A stretch of 64,000 bases of DNA from Chloroflexia bacterium (GTDB lineage: Bacteria > Chloroflexota > Chloroflexia > QHBQ01 > JADMIH01). Positions 28,718 through 38,450 of the stretch are shown in pieces. The stretch lies in contig DASWMJ010000002.1 of assembly GCA_036399775.1 (NCBI GenBank), positions 1,123 through 65,122 of the forward strand, written 5' to 3'. A program made the position numbers and the translations under genes. The notes under the pieces were generated by a model, which was given only the letters and a program-made list of their open reading frames with translations, had not been told where the DNA came from and did no database searches. Each line of letters opens with the position of its first letter. The stretch's first letter is position 1.

Positions 28718-29017
28718 TCACAGGATCGACGCTTCCTGGGCTACCTGGGCAGCGCCTTGCGCCCCCTTCTCGTAGGCTGCCTTCGCCTTCATGAGAAGGG
28801 TAGCGTTGTATTCTGCGCATATGTCGCAGAAGTTGATTGAGTGCTCGACCTGGGAGTTCTTGCGCCAGCGAAGGGAGTAGATAACATCGTCTCGGCGCAC
28901 AACGCCCGAATACTCGACGTTATTGTTGCAGAACGTGCATGGGCCTGCTTCGGCCACTGTGGTGGTGACCACCCTACAAGCGGCGTAGAGTGGTATCTTT
29001 CGCTTCTTCGCTGCCAC
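28718..29017 (-). CDS. Zn-ribbon protein
   Basis: CTFC...CDIC pairs. Confidence 0.4.
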   Translation of the reverse strand: MAAKKRKIPLYAACRVVTTTVAEAGPCTFCNNNVEYSGVVRRDDVIYSLRWRKNSQVEHSINFCDICAEYNATLLMKAKAAYEKGAQGAAQVAQEASIL

Positions 29018-29046
29018 TGGAAGCTCCTGGTTGTGGTAGAGGGAAG

Positions 29047-29343
29047 TTAGACGCGCTCAGGCCAGTGCCAGGTGTTAAGGTCCAGCCGCTCGGCCAGCAT
29101 GAGGTGTTCTCCGACACGTTTCTCCGCAGCTGCGAAGCCCACCTGGCCCTTCCAATTTGAGCCGTCGAAGTCAGACCACCCGTCATTGGGGCCGTCGTTG
29201 AAAACCTGGAGATTGACCGTCTCGTTGTCATTGACAGCCGTGATGATTGCCGCCTGGCATTTAGTATCTGCTGTGCCGTTCTTCCTGGCCACATAGTGAA
29301 CGATTCGCCCTATCGAGGGCCTCTGTGTTTCGGCCATTTCCAA
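29047..29343 (-). CDS. hypothetical phage protein
   Basis: 98 aa. Confidence 0.45.
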   Translation of the reverse strand: MEMAETQRPSIGRIVHYVARKNGTADTKCQAAIITAVNDNETVNLQVFNDGPNDGWSDFDGSNWKGQVGFAAAEKRVGEHLMLAERLDLNTWHWPERV

Positions 29344-29394
29344 TTCCCCTCCGGCGCGGAGCGCATTTTTTGAGCTCCGCGCCTACTACAGATG

Positions 29395-30417
29395 TTAGTA
29401 GTGGAATGGGATGTCATCGACATCCATATCACCGTGACCATTGCCCGCTGCCGCTCGCCCGCCAGGTACGCTCCCAAAGACAGGTCGCTGTGGCTGGGCG
29501 TCCTCGAACGCCTTGTTGACCTGCATGGTGTTGCGCCAGTCACGGTAGGCACGGTAGATGTAGCCGCACAGAGCCAGCATATCGGCACCCACGTAGTGTT
29601 TCTCGATCAGATCGTTGTCGACCTTTTCGGGCAGGTAGATGGTGGGCGGGTTGGTATACACCGTTTGAAACTTCTTGTTCTGCTCGAACACGGGCTTGCC
29701 CTTCTTATCGACCTTGGGGCCGAAGGGGAGGGAGAACGCCCAGTCGGGCAGATTGGTGGCCGTGCCCTTGGCCTGGGAGGCGATTTTCGATGCCTCGCGC
29801 AAAAGCGTCTCGCGGTAGAGCTTGAGCGCAGCGTCCACGCCCATGCCCGTCGAGCCTTTCATGGTCCAGACAGAAAGGCCCAGGCCGTCGAAGAAGGAGG
29901 CGTCTATGACCTCGCCGTTGCCTTCCGCTGCACGAGCGTGGTGCAGGAAGGTGGCGACCGAGCCTGGGTCGTAGAGGCCCTCTGCGAGGCAGAGGTACTC
30001 CGTGTGGACCGACTCGGAAGGTGCGGTGCCGCCGGCGGCGCGGATCTCCTCGGGGGTAGCATTCGGGTATATCCACCTGGTGTGCCATTCGCGCCCCTTC
30101 TTGTTGTTGGGCAGGTCTATCTGCCGGAAGGGCTGGGAACGGCGGGAGATGATGATGATGTTGAGAGAGGGGGCCTGGTAACCGATCTCGTCGGAGTTGC
30201 CCGCAAACCGCCCCTGCTGGCTCTTCCAGGGCGCACCCGGCACCATGCCCTTGAGCTCGCGCTCCCTGATATAGAAGTCGCTGGGCACGTCGGGGTACTG
30301 GGTGCCCGTGAGGCGCTTGCCGTTGATGAAGTTGAACCGTGGCGGCCCCTGGTAGGTCATGCCGCTCTCTACTACCGGAACGTCTGTTTGGCCGATTGTG
30401 TCTGCAAAACTTCCCAC
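29395..30417 (-). CDS. hypothetical replication-module protein (340 aa)
   Basis: Clean ORF. Family not recognised from sequence alone. Confidence 0.5.
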   Translation of the reverse strand: MGSFADTIGQTDVPVVESGMTYQGPPRFNFINGKRLTGTQYPDVPSDFYIRERELKGMVPGAPWKSQQGRFAGNSDEIGYQAPSLNIIIISRRSQPFRQIDLPNNKKGREWHTRWIYPNATPEEIRAAGGTAPSESVHTEYLCLAEGLYDPGSVATFLHHARAAEGNGEVIDASFFDGLGLSVWTMKGSTGMGVDAALKLYRETLLREASKIASQAKGTATNLPDWAFSLPFGPKVDKKGKPVFEQNKKFQTVYTNPPTIYLPEKVDNDLIEKHYVGADMLALCGYIYRAYRDWRNTMQVNKAFEDAQPQRPVFGSVPGGRAAAGNGHGDMDVDDIPFHY

Positions 30418-30498
30418 TGTATTTCTCCTCGTAAAGTAAGTTGGTTGAAATCTGTCGTTGTCACTGGTGTTGCAAGGGATAAATCTATAGGCTTCCTC

Positions 30499-30864
30499 CT
30501 AGTGTGGTAACCGCACTCGGCGCACGATCTCAACGAAGTCATTGTTGGACCCAGAGGGGGGCGCCGTGTAATTTACTTCAAGGTAGCGCCCCTTCAAATC
30601 GCCTGTCATGTTGCCTCTAACCATCCTCCTCAAGCTGATGCCACACTTCGCCATGTCGGCGGTCGCCTCGGCCAGCGCCCCGCGCTTGAGAGGGTTGATG
30701 TCCCACACTTTGACTAGGCACTGGTCGAGCAACTCCACAGGGCGCTTGATCTGCATGACCAGCACCAGGCCTCGGCCAAACGGGTCATCGAGGATGTGCG
30801 CGTCGCTCACGCGCACGATGTAGCCTTTACCGCCGGGCACGTCGGTGACATCTTTAGCTGTCAT
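30499..30864 (-). CDS. hypothetical phage protein
   Basis: 121 aa. Confidence 0.45.
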   Translation of the reverse strand: MTAKDVTDVPGGKGYIVRVSDAHILDDPFGRGLVLVMQIKRPVELLDQCLVKVWDINPLKRGALAEATADMAKCGISLRRMVRGNMTGDLKGRYLEVNYTAPPSGSNNDFVEIVRRVRLPH

Positions 30865-31076
30865 ATGACGACATGCTCCTTCATCCAGCGCAGCTCCCGC
30901 TGAATTACAGCTATATGCTCGCGGATATGGTCGGCAACAGCGGCGCTTGGGAGCACAAGGTAAGCGGCAGCCAGGTTGGAAGTTGCAACGTCGTGCCAGG
31001 TCTCCTGGGGTAAATCGACGAGCTCTGCTTGCTCAAGGAGAGTGTCTGCCCGGTCGTTCTTAATTTGAGCTGCCAT
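30861..31076 (-). CDS. hypothetical phage protein
   Basis: 71 aa, 4-nt overlap with the downstream gene. Confidence 0.4.
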   Translation of the reverse strand: MAAQIKNDRADTLLEQAELVDLPQETWHDVATSNLAAAYLVLPSAAVADHIREHIAVIQRELRWMKEHVVI

Positions 31077-32829
31077 ATGTTTCCCTCGCCCTCGCTTCGT
31101 ATTGCCGCATAAGATCAGTCAAGACGGAGCCGCTGTTGTCCTGCATAACCCCATCGGTAATCATTTCAGTGACAGCCCGCTTACTTTCCAGCAAAGCAAC
31201 AATCTGCTCATCGATAGTGTCACGACCCACCGCCCAATACGAAGTTATCGGGTGGGGATCATTCAATCTGCCATAGGCTCGGCTCTCAGCCTGGTCATGG
31301 TCAATCGAACGCCACCCATATCCCACAAAAAGAACATGTCGAGCAGCCGTCATAGTCAGGCCGACACCGCCTGCCTGCAAAGACATGATAGCCAGGCGAG
31401 CGGTAGGATCTGTTTGAAAGCGAGTGACCGCGCTCACACGTTCTTCCGAAGAGTGCTCCGCGAAAACCGTAACGGAATCAGGGTAACGAGCATATAGCGC
31501 GTGCTGAACAGCAACGTGGGTGGCAAATATCAGCAGCTTATCGTCGGTGCCCGCCAGGTAGTTGTCTATCCACTCAGCGACGGCCCGCATTTTGCCGGCA
31601 GCGGCCAACTGCTTGAGTGTTTCGATACGAACCAGCACTTCTGCCCTGGCCGCTTTTCGAGCTTTATCACTCGCGTATTCAGACCTGCACCGTTTTTGCT
31701 CATGCTCGGGCAGTTCGGCTATGCGTGCCTGGAAAGCCTGGTCCTGCATTGCCTTTTCATAGATGTACCGCAACAACTGCGTTTCTGCCTGACGATATTC
31801 AACCCTATTGTCTATGTCGACAGGGAGCGCTGCTCGCTGGACGGCAGGAAGCTCGGTGAGCACATCGCGCGTAGTGCGTCGCAGCATGCAAATAGCACGC
31901 AGCTTATCGTGAAGCTCCCGGAGGTTGGCGGCGCCGGAAAGATCCCAGCCATATTGATTTCGCCGGGGATCACAATAACGTCGTACAAAGGCCCAGTAAC
32001 CGCCAAAAGCATCAAGATAGCCCAGAATATCCAGAAGATTTGTGAGTTCAACAGGTTTGTTGGGGACAGGGGTGCCGCTCAACAAATAAATCACATCCAA
32101 CGTAGTCGTGAGCGCCTTTACTGCCTGGGCACGACGTGTTTCTTTGTGCTTTAACAGGTGTGCCTCGTCCGCCGCCGCTGCCCTCAAGCCGTATTGTCGG
32201 AAAGCTCGAACATGGGCAGCCAAGACGTCGTAGTTCGCTATCACTACATCAGCCGTAAACTTGACAGGTGCCCGCCCCTCGACTACCTGTACCGAAACAT
32301 TGGGCGCAAATGCTCCCCATTCACCAGCCCATACATGCTTTACAGATGCCGGGCAGACAATAAGAGCGGGAAAAGCATCTTGCTTGAGAAGGGCAGCTAT
32401 CGTCTCAACCGTCTTGCCGAGCCCCTGTTGGTCGCCCACTAATGTACGAGGATTGCGGAGCATGTAGCGCACGCCTGCCTGCTGGAAGGGGTGTAGCGGT
32501 CTTGCCAGGCCTGGTATCTCGATGGGTTCCCCGGCCTCCAATGCATTCGAGCCCTCAATATTCTGTCGAATATGGTCGGCAAACTCCTCCAGGCGTCGCT
32601 CTACCTCGGCCGGCAGGCTCAACCACCCGGCAGCTTGAGCCAGGCGTGCAATCGCTGAGCCTTTGGACGGTCTCAACTGTAACTCATAACGTCCCGACGC
32701 CGGGTGGTGGGCCGCCCCTAGCGATGCGGCAAGAGCCCTGATCCCCGCTATAGGGGGAAACATAAAGCAGACTGTGTCACCCTCAAGCCAGATACGCGGC
32801 TCAGGGGAAGTGGTGGCGGACGCAGTCAT
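31060..32829 (-). CDS. SNF2-family DNA-dependent ATPase/helicase
   Basis: Motif I DQQGLGKT, motif II AAADEAHLLK (DEAH), and helicase-C LQAGGVGLTMTAARHVLFV. Start probably at MTASAT; the tracked ORF extends to 33030 through a low-complexity region. Confidence 0.85.
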   Translation of the reverse strand: MTASATTSPEPRIWLEGDTVCFMFPPIAGIRALAASLGAAHHPASGRYELQLRPSKGSAIARLAQAAGWLSLPAEVERRLEEFADHIRQNIEGSNALEAGEPIEIPGLARPLHPFQQAGVRYMLRNPRTLVGDQQGLGKTVETIAALLKQDAFPALIVCPASVKHVWAGEWGAFAPNVSVQVVEGRAPVKFTADVVIANYDVLAAHVRAFRQYGLRAAAADEAHLLKHKETRRAQAVKALTTTLDVIYLLSGTPVPNKPVELTNLLDILGYLDAFGGYWAFVRRYCDPRRNQYGWDLSGAANLRELHDKLRAICMLRRTTRDVLTELPAVQRAALPVDIDNRVEYRQAETQLLRYIYEKAMQDQAFQARIAELPEHEQKRCRSEYASDKARKAARAEVLVRIETLKQLAAAGKMRAVAEWIDNYLAGTDDKLLIFATHVAVQHALYARYPDSVTVFAEHSSEERVSAVTRFQTDPTARLAIMSLQAGGVGLTMTAARHVLFVGYGWRSIDHDQAESRAYGRLNDPHPITSYWAVGRDTIDEQIVALLESKRAVTEMITDGVMQDNSGSVLTDLMRQYEARARETYGSSN

Positions 32830-32986
32830 CTCCGCACCGCCTCTAATTGACGCGACTTCGGTGCCTCCTGAGTGATTATTGTGCCCCGACGCAGGGCCGC
32901 GTCGTACAGCGCCCGCAGCATTATCTTTTGCTGCGGAGAGAGCTGTGCGAACCAGCGCTGGGCACCGCTCGCCGTGTTCTGCGGCA

Positions 32987-33316
32987 TCACTTTCTCCTCT
33001 CGCCTCCGTGCTGCGTAGTGGGCGCAGCACGGTGCTTGTAGATCATAGCTACACGATCGTGGTCATTCTTTTTGGCCTTGAACTTCTTGTCGAGCGCCTT
33101 CTCCTCCCCAACTTTCAAACAGCGTATAGCGGCCTCAATGTCCAGCTTAACCCTGTTAAGTGCAACAGACTCAGCTCTCAAGCCATAGACGGCTTCCGCA
33201 ATCTCCCCGGCAATCCCGGGGCACTGGCACCGACGTGCAGCGCACTCAATCGCCTGGATGTACTCCTCTTGATTGGTGGTTGCAATTGTGATATTTGTGT
33301 ACCTCTGCATCGCCAC
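32987..33316 (-). CDS. hypothetical early protein
   Basis: 109 aa, first gene after the cro-like RHH gene. Confidence 0.4.
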   Translation of the reverse strand: MAMQRYTNITIATTNQEEYIQAIECAARRCQCPGIAGEIAEAVYGLRAESVALNRVKLDIEAAIRCLKVGEEKALDKKFKAKKNDHDRVAMIYKHRAAPTTQHGGERRK

Positions 33317-33415
33317 TTCTCCGCGTCACTGAGAGACTGATAGATCGCACTCAACTCGACTGAGTGCAATAAAGTACCCGCCCTCCCTTCCTATATAATG
33401 GGAGAGAGCAGGGAG

Positions 33416-33658
33416 TTATCGGGTGGAAATGGACTGGTGGGGGGCCTGGCCGGACTGTCTGCGGAGGTTGGCAAGAAGGGGGGAATTGACGGCGAGGTTG
33501 GCTGAGATCATATCGCGAAGATACTGAGACAGAGATTTGTTGCTCGCACCGGCGAGCACGCACAGCTCGTTATGCACGTCGGGATTGATACGGATTTCGA
33601 TCTTTTTATCGTTACCTGTGCGTGGCCTCATGGGGGAGATCTCCTTGATAAGCGTCAT
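33416..33658 (-). CDS. ribbon-helix-helix (CopG/Arc-like) transcriptional regulator, cro-like
   Basis: KIEIRINPDVHNELCVLAGASNKSLSQYLRDMI has an RHH beta-strand/helix pattern. Divergent from the XRE repressor. Confidence 0.55.
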   Translation of the reverse strand: MTLIKEISPMRPRTGNDKKIEIRINPDVHNELCVLAGASNKSLSQYLRDMISANLAVNSPLLANLRRQSGQAPHQSISTR

Positions 33659-33740
33659 GCGAATAACATGGCATTATCATATCATATATACGACCAAAAT
33701 GCAATACCTTTACGACGATTTTATGGCACTAAAATGAAAG
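33659..33740. promoter_or_regulatory. prophage genetic-switch region (divergent promoters/operators)
   Basis: AT-rich 82-bp spacer between divergent RHH and XRE genes. Contains reiterated ATCATAT elements. Confidence 0.4.
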
Positions 33741-34226
33741 GTGGGTATAAGCATGGAAAGTGCATGCTATAATCTCGACATGGACAACAATAGATCGTAC
33801 GACATGTACGAAATGGGCTATGGCCCGGCCATAAAATACCGGCGCCAGAAGCTGGGCCGCGGCCAGGCCTGGCTCGCGGAGATGATGGGTGTGGACCAGA
33901 CCACCGTATCCAAGTGGGAGCAGCGCCACGATCCGCCCAAGGACGAGACTTTCCTCGAGGACTTGGCCCTCCACCTGAAAGGTACAGTCGAGGAGCTGCG
34001 GGCCGGGACGGTGCCGAGGGGTTTCCCAAATCACGACCGGGGCAACTTGGTGATACTTCGGGAGTCCCCCGAAGAATTCGCTGCAAGCCAGGACGTAGAA
34101 GCAATCCAGATAGACCTCCTGGCCATAAAAAGACTGAGCCCAAATGAGTTGAAACGTGTCAAGAGACTCGTGAAGGCATTCAAAGAAGATATTGAAGAGG
34201 AGCTGCGAAGCGCAGAGAAAGGGTAA
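33741..34226 (+). CDS. XRE-family helix-turn-helix repressor (cI-like)
   Basis: RRQKLGRGQAWLAEMMGVDQTTVSKWEQ is a classic HTH_3. Start may be an internal ATG. Confidence 0.7.
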   Translation: MGISMESACYNLDMDNNRSYDMYEMGYGPAIKYRRQKLGRGQAWLAEMMGVDQTTVSKWEQRHDPPKDETFLEDLALHLKGTVEELRAGTVPRGFPNHDRGNLVILRESPEEFAASQDVEAIQIDLLAIKRLSPNELKRVKRLVKAFKEDIEEELRSAEKG

Positions 34227-34231
34227 CTCGA

Positions 34232-34750
34232 GTGATCCGCGCTGCGGTACTTGACGAGCTCGATGTCTTGATTACCGCACATCGGCTTCACGACCACCCC
34301 TTACACCCGGTGCCGATAGACCGGGCCATTGAAAAATATCCGATCCGCTATGTTGCCCAGCTGCCGGGCAACCTCATGGCGCTCATCGTGCGCTGGAAGC
34401 GGGGCGAGCAGGATCATGTTGGGATAATGTTTAACGCGATCCTCCAAAATCCTGACCAATCAGCCCGCAGGCGCCATGCTGCGGCCCACGAACTGGCTCA
34501 CGACCTATGTGACCACAAAGGCAGCCTGCTGTATATGCAGGGGACAAGCGAGGACCTTTCCCGCTGCGGGAGCGTGCTTGGGCAACGTCAGGAGCAGGAA
34601 TGCGAATACGTGGCCGCATACCTGCTGGTACCTATGCTTGCGCTCTTTGAGGCAGAAGGGGAGACAATAGAGTCTGCCGCCGCGAGCCTCGACGTGCCCC
34701 CACACCTGGTTGCACTGCGGTTGAATATCTGGCACAGGCACACCCGGTGA
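34232..34750 (+). CDS. ImmA/IrrE-family Zn metallopeptidase (anti-repressor protease)
   Basis: HEXXH motif AAHELAHDL. Genetically coupled to the XRE repressor. Confidence 0.75.
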   Translation: MIRAAVLDELDVLITAHRLHDHPLHPVPIDRAIEKYPIRYVAQLPGNLMALIVRWKRGEQDHVGIMFNAILQNPDQSARRRHAAAHELAHDLCDHKGSLLYMQGTSEDLSRCGSVLGQRQEQECEYVAAYLLVPMLALFEAEGETIESAAASLDVPPHLVALRLNIWHRHTR

Positions 34751-35295
34751 GCAGGGCCGGAAACGCTATTATCCTGGTACTGGCGGGCGTAGGTCTCACC
34801 GCCCTCGTATGGATAGCACTCCTGTGGCTAGCCGGCGCCTTCAACTCCGGGGGCACAGCTAGGTCTGGGCCCTCGGCGACCGCCACAGCAACTACCGATG
34901 CACAGCTCGAAGAAAGGCGATATAAAGACGCGACTGCGCGCTGGTTCCGAGAGAGCTACGACGCCGACCTGGCGATACGCCACGCGCTGAACCTTCCCTA
35001 CTACGACCCGGCGGGCAGCGCCTGGCAGAGGCAGGTAGAGTCCGCGGGCCGCACATTTTCCCTCGTTGCGTCGGAGATTGATAGCTACGTGCCTCCCACC
35101 GCAGCTTCCGAGATACACAAGTCGTGGCGCCACTACAGCGAAGCGCTGAGAGACCTGGTAGATATCCTACACGGCTACGCGAATACGACGAAGTCGAGAT
35201 GGCCCAGGCTACGCACAGAAGCCCGTGACGCCATAGCCAGGGCCGCATCCATGCGTACGGAGGCCTGGGAGGCAAGAAAGGCCTGGGCCCCGTGA
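34747..35295 (+). CDS. membrane-anchored hypothetical protein
   Basis: N-terminal TM AIILVLAGVGLTALVWIALLWLAG. 4-nt overlaps on both sides. Confidence 0.5.
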   Translation: MSRAGNAIILVLAGVGLTALVWIALLWLAGAFNSGGTARSGPSATATATTDAQLEERRYKDATARWFRESYDADLAIRHALNLPYYDPAGSAWQRQVESAGRTFSLVASEIDSYVPPTAASEIHKSWRHYSEALRDLVDILHGYANTTKSRWPRLRTEARDAIARAASMRTEAWEARKAWAP

Positions 35296-36917
35296 GACGA
35301 GCGGCCGGGTACCGCCGGGTGTCGACTGACAACCAGGCCGAGCACGGCACATCGCTCGATGTGCAAGCGGAGGCGATAGAACGCTACGCCAGAGAGAACG
35401 GCTGCTCCCTGGTAGAGAACATCGCCGACGAGGGTATCAGCGGTGCCCGGCTCCGTCGGGCGGGCCTCAACAGACTACGGGGGCTGGTGCAGCGCCGGGA
35501 AGTCGAGGTAGTAATTGTAACGGACCTCGACCGTCTGTCACGCCAGCTCGAGGACCAGCTGATGCTGGTGCGCGAGTTCAAAGAGGCCGGCTGCGAGGTC
35601 ATATTCATCAACATGCCGCTCGAGGAGAGCCCAATGGGCCAGCTCCTCTTCGGGATGCGGGGCCTCTTCCACCAGTTCGAGCGCTCGGCGATCTCTGCCC
35701 GCACTTGGTCCGGCAAAGAGCAGCGGGCCCGCGAAGGGAAGGTGATGGCGATGCCTCACCCGGCCTACGGTTACCGATACATCATCGGAGAAGGACGCCT
35801 CGAGCTCGTGGAGGAGGAGGCGTACTGGGTGCGCGAGGTCTTCGACTGGTTCGTCGAGGAGCACGCCTCGGTCATCTCCATCGCCCGCAAACTGAACGAC
35901 CTCCAGGTGCCGACAAAACAAGGTGGCCTCTACTGGCGGCCAGGCAACATTCGTAACATGCTGCGCAATACGATCTATACCGGCGCATGGCAGTGGAACC
36001 GGACCCAGTCCGCCATGCCGAAGCACCCGCGCAAGCTGGACCGCGCCCGCCTCAAGTCGGGGTCCGCAGCGAAAAGCTCCAGCCAGTGGATAGAGGTCCA
36101 GGTACCGGCGGTCATAACCCCTGCCCAGCACCTTGCGGCGGCCGAGCGCCTGGCGTCGAACAAGCACGTCACCGAGGGGCGCAGCCGCTACCCTTACCTG
36201 CTGCGAGGTCTCCTGCGTTGCCATTATTGCGGCTACCGGATCGTAGGCGCTTCGTCCGGCCCCTACGCCTATTACAAGTGCGGCTCCAAGACCAATCGCC
36301 TGATCAAGAGCGACTGCCCCGCGGCCATGCCCCGCGCCGAGCGGCTGGAGAAGCTGGTGTGGGATAGGATCGTCGAGCGCCTCTCCGACCGGTCGCTGAT
36401 CGAAGAGGCGCTCTGCTATACGGAGGAGGCGCAGGGCGCTGCTCGCGGATCCCTGGAGAGCCAGGTAGAAGAGATACAGGCCCTGGTAGAAAACCTGCGC
36501 GAGGAAAAGGCCCGCCTGGTGTGGGCGGTCCAGAAGAAGATAATGGACCCGGAGGACGTCGCCGACAACTTGCAGGAGATAAAGCAGCGCATGACAGGCT
36601 TTGAGGCGCAGCTGGCCGGCATAGAAAGTCGCAGGGCCGCCCAGCTCGAATTTGCCGCATCAAGGGAGGCTGTGCAGGACCTCTATGCGAGCATCGACCG
36701 GGTGATCGTGGGGCTGCCCTCTGCTCCCTATGAAGAGCGCCGGCGCTTCCTCGAAACATTCAATATTGAAGGCACCCTTTACGCCGATAAGCTGGTGCTC
36801 TACGGGCTGATAACTGGACAAACAGGGGAGGCGATCACGCTCAGTGAGGATTTAGTGTATCAGACACATCATCGAGGTGATGTGCCATTTGAGGGATGCG
36901 GAGGAGCGGGCGCTTGA
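35292..36917 (+). CDS. large serine recombinase (phage integrase)
   Basis: Resolvase catalytic domain (GYRRVSTDNQ...SLDVQ), a recombinase domain, a Zn-ribbon CHYCGY...YYKCGSK, and a C-terminal coiled coil. Confidence 0.9.
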   Translation: MRRAAGYRRVSTDNQAEHGTSLDVQAEAIERYARENGCSLVENIADEGISGARLRRAGLNRLRGLVQRREVEVVIVTDLDRLSRQLEDQLMLVREFKEAGCEVIFINMPLEESPMGQLLFGMRGLFHQFERSAISARTWSGKEQRAREGKVMAMPHPAYGYRYIIGEGRLELVEEEAYWVREVFDWFVEEHASVISIARKLNDLQVPTKQGGLYWRPGNIRNMLRNTIYTGAWQWNRTQSAMPKHPRKLDRARLKSGSAAKSSSQWIEVQVPAVITPAQHLAAAERLASNKHVTEGRSRYPYLLRGLLRCHYCGYRIVGASSGPYAYYKCGSKTNRLIKSDCPAAMPRAERLEKLVWDRIVERLSDRSLIEEALCYTEEAQGAARGSLESQVEEIQALVENLREEKARLVWAVQKKIMDPEDVADNLQEIKQRMTGFEAQLAGIESRRAAQLEFAASREAVQDLYASIDRVIVGLPSAPYEERRRFLETFNIEGTLYADKLVLYGLITGQTGEAITLSEDLVYQTHHRGDVPFEGCGGAGA

Positions 36918-37212
36918 GCGTATGCGCACGATACGTGATGAGCGAGAGCCTTTCATCGCGGGATACGACCAGGACGCCTGGGCGCGAGAGCGCAACTACG
37001 CGGGGGACAACATGCGCGAAGCATTGGCGGCTTTCAAACGATTCCGCGAGCAGCATATAGCCGATCTGGCGGGCCTATCGCCGGAGGACTGGGAGCGGGC
37101 GGGGGAGCACCAGGAGTACGGCCACGTCACCATCACCAGCCACACCACGCACATGGCGGCGCACGACGCGGCGCATGCGGCCCAGATAGCCCGGCAACTC
37201 CGCAAGGGATGA
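36877..37212 (+). pseudogene. DinB/YfiT-like (DinB_2) protein, C-terminal fragment, probably the 3' part of the host gene split by prophage integration
   Basis: HQEYGH...HDAAHAAQIARQ matches the DinB_2 C-terminal metal-binding helices. It is only 111 aa versus about 150-170 for the family. It overlaps the 3' end of the integrase gene. Confidence 0.45.
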
Positions 37213-38450
37213 GCGCGATACAAACTATCTCCCCAACGCTGGCCCGCCGCCTATTTATCAGCAAGCAGAGGCTGGCAGGGCCGCGCCCACAAGCCCACCC
37301 AGCGGGGATACTGGATTTAGTGCGCGACCTGGGATGCCTGCAAGTCGACCCTACGAATGCGGTGGCGCGCACCCATCTGCTGGTGCTGTGGAGCAGGCTG
37401 GGGGCGTATGATACCGCCCACCTGGATAAGCTGCTGTGGCAGGACCGTTCGCTGTTCGAGTACTGGGCGCACGCTGCATCCATCGTGCTGACCGAGGACT
37501 ACCCTATCCACAGGATGATGATGCGCGGCTACGAGGAGTCCGATTCCGCATGGAGGCAGTGGGTCAGGGGGTGGATGAAGGAGAACCAGGAGCTACAGCA
37601 TCACATACTCGGTGAGCTTCGGGAAAGGGGGCCTCTGCTCTCGAAGAATTTTGAGGATAAGGCAGCGCGGCCCTGGGCGTCGTCGGGGTGGACCGGGGGC
37701 CGTAACGTGGGGCGGATGCTCGATTTCCTGTGGACCTGGGGAAAGGTGATGGTTGCCGGGAGGAAGGGCGGGCAGAAGTTGTGGGACCTCGCGGAACGCT
37801 GCCTGCCGGAGTGGACGCCACGCGAAGAGTTGAGCGACGAGGAGGTAGTATACAGGGCCGCGCAGAAGTCGCTGCGCGCCCTGGGCGTGGGGCGCAACGC
37901 CGATATAACACAGCATTACACGCGTGGGCGGTACCCCGGCCTCGACAAGACGCTGGCCCGCCTCGAATCGGAGGGTCGTATCAGGCGCGTGCAGATAGAG
38001 GAGAATGGGACGTCCTGGCCCGGAACATGGTACGTCCACAGCGAAGATGTGCCGATCTTGGAGAGGCTGGCGGCAGGGGAGTGGGAGCCGCGCACCACGC
38101 TGCTCTCTCCCTTCGACAACCTGATCTGCGATAGGGCGCGCACCGAGGCTATGTTCAATTTCCGGTTCAGGATAGAGATATACGTGCCGAAGGCTAACCG
38201 GCAGTATGGTTACTTCGTGCTGCCCATCCTGCATGGCGACAGGCTGGTAGGGCGCATAGACCCCTTGATGGACCGCAAGCAACAGAGGCTGTACGTCAAC
38301 GCCATACACGCCGAACCGGACGCACCCATGAGCAGGGAGGTAGCGCAATCGGTCAGAGGTGCGATTGAGGAGCTTGGCGCGTTCCTGGACGCGAGGGAAA
38401 TTGTTTATGGCGAGAAGATGCCCGAAGGGTGGCGAGGGGCGTTCGCGTAG
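37209..38450 (+). CDS. YcaQ/AlkZ-family winged-helix protein (HTH_42; DNA interstrand-crosslink glycosylase-like)
   Basis: Family-typical N-terminal pattern: ARRLFISKQRLAG...LGCLQVDPTNAVARTHLLVLWSRLGAYD...LFEYWAHAAS. 413 aa. Confidence 0.7.
   Translation: MSAIQTISPTLARRLFISKQRLAGPRPQAHPAGILDLVRDLGCLQVDPTNAVARTHLLVLWSRLGAYDTAHLDKLLWQDRSLFEYWAHAASIVLTEDYPIHRMMMRGYEESDSAWRQWVRGWMKENQELQHHILGELRERGPLLSKNFEDKAARPWASSGWTGGRNVGRMLDFLWTWGKVMVAGRKGGQKLWDLAERCLPEWTPREELSDEEVVYRAAQKSLRALGVGRNADITQHYTRGRYPGLDKTLARLESEGRIRRVQIEENGTSWPGTWYVHSEDVPILERLAAGEWEPRTTLLSPFDNLICDRARTEAMFNFRFRIEIYVPKANRQYGYFVLPILHGDRLVGRIDPLMDRKQQRLYVNAIHAEPDAPMSREVAQSVRGAIEELGAFLDAREIVYGEKMPEGWRGAFA

Noticed and set aside
29392-30510. 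372-aa + strand ORF
   Set aside because: Antisense to the 340-aa minus-strand replication-module gene, which fits the operon polarity and has normal composition.
31501-32154. 217-aa + strand ORF
   Set aside because: Antisense to the SNF2 helicase gene.
35538-36224. 228-aa minus-strand ORF inside the integrase
   Set aside because: Antisense shadow of the serine recombinase gene.
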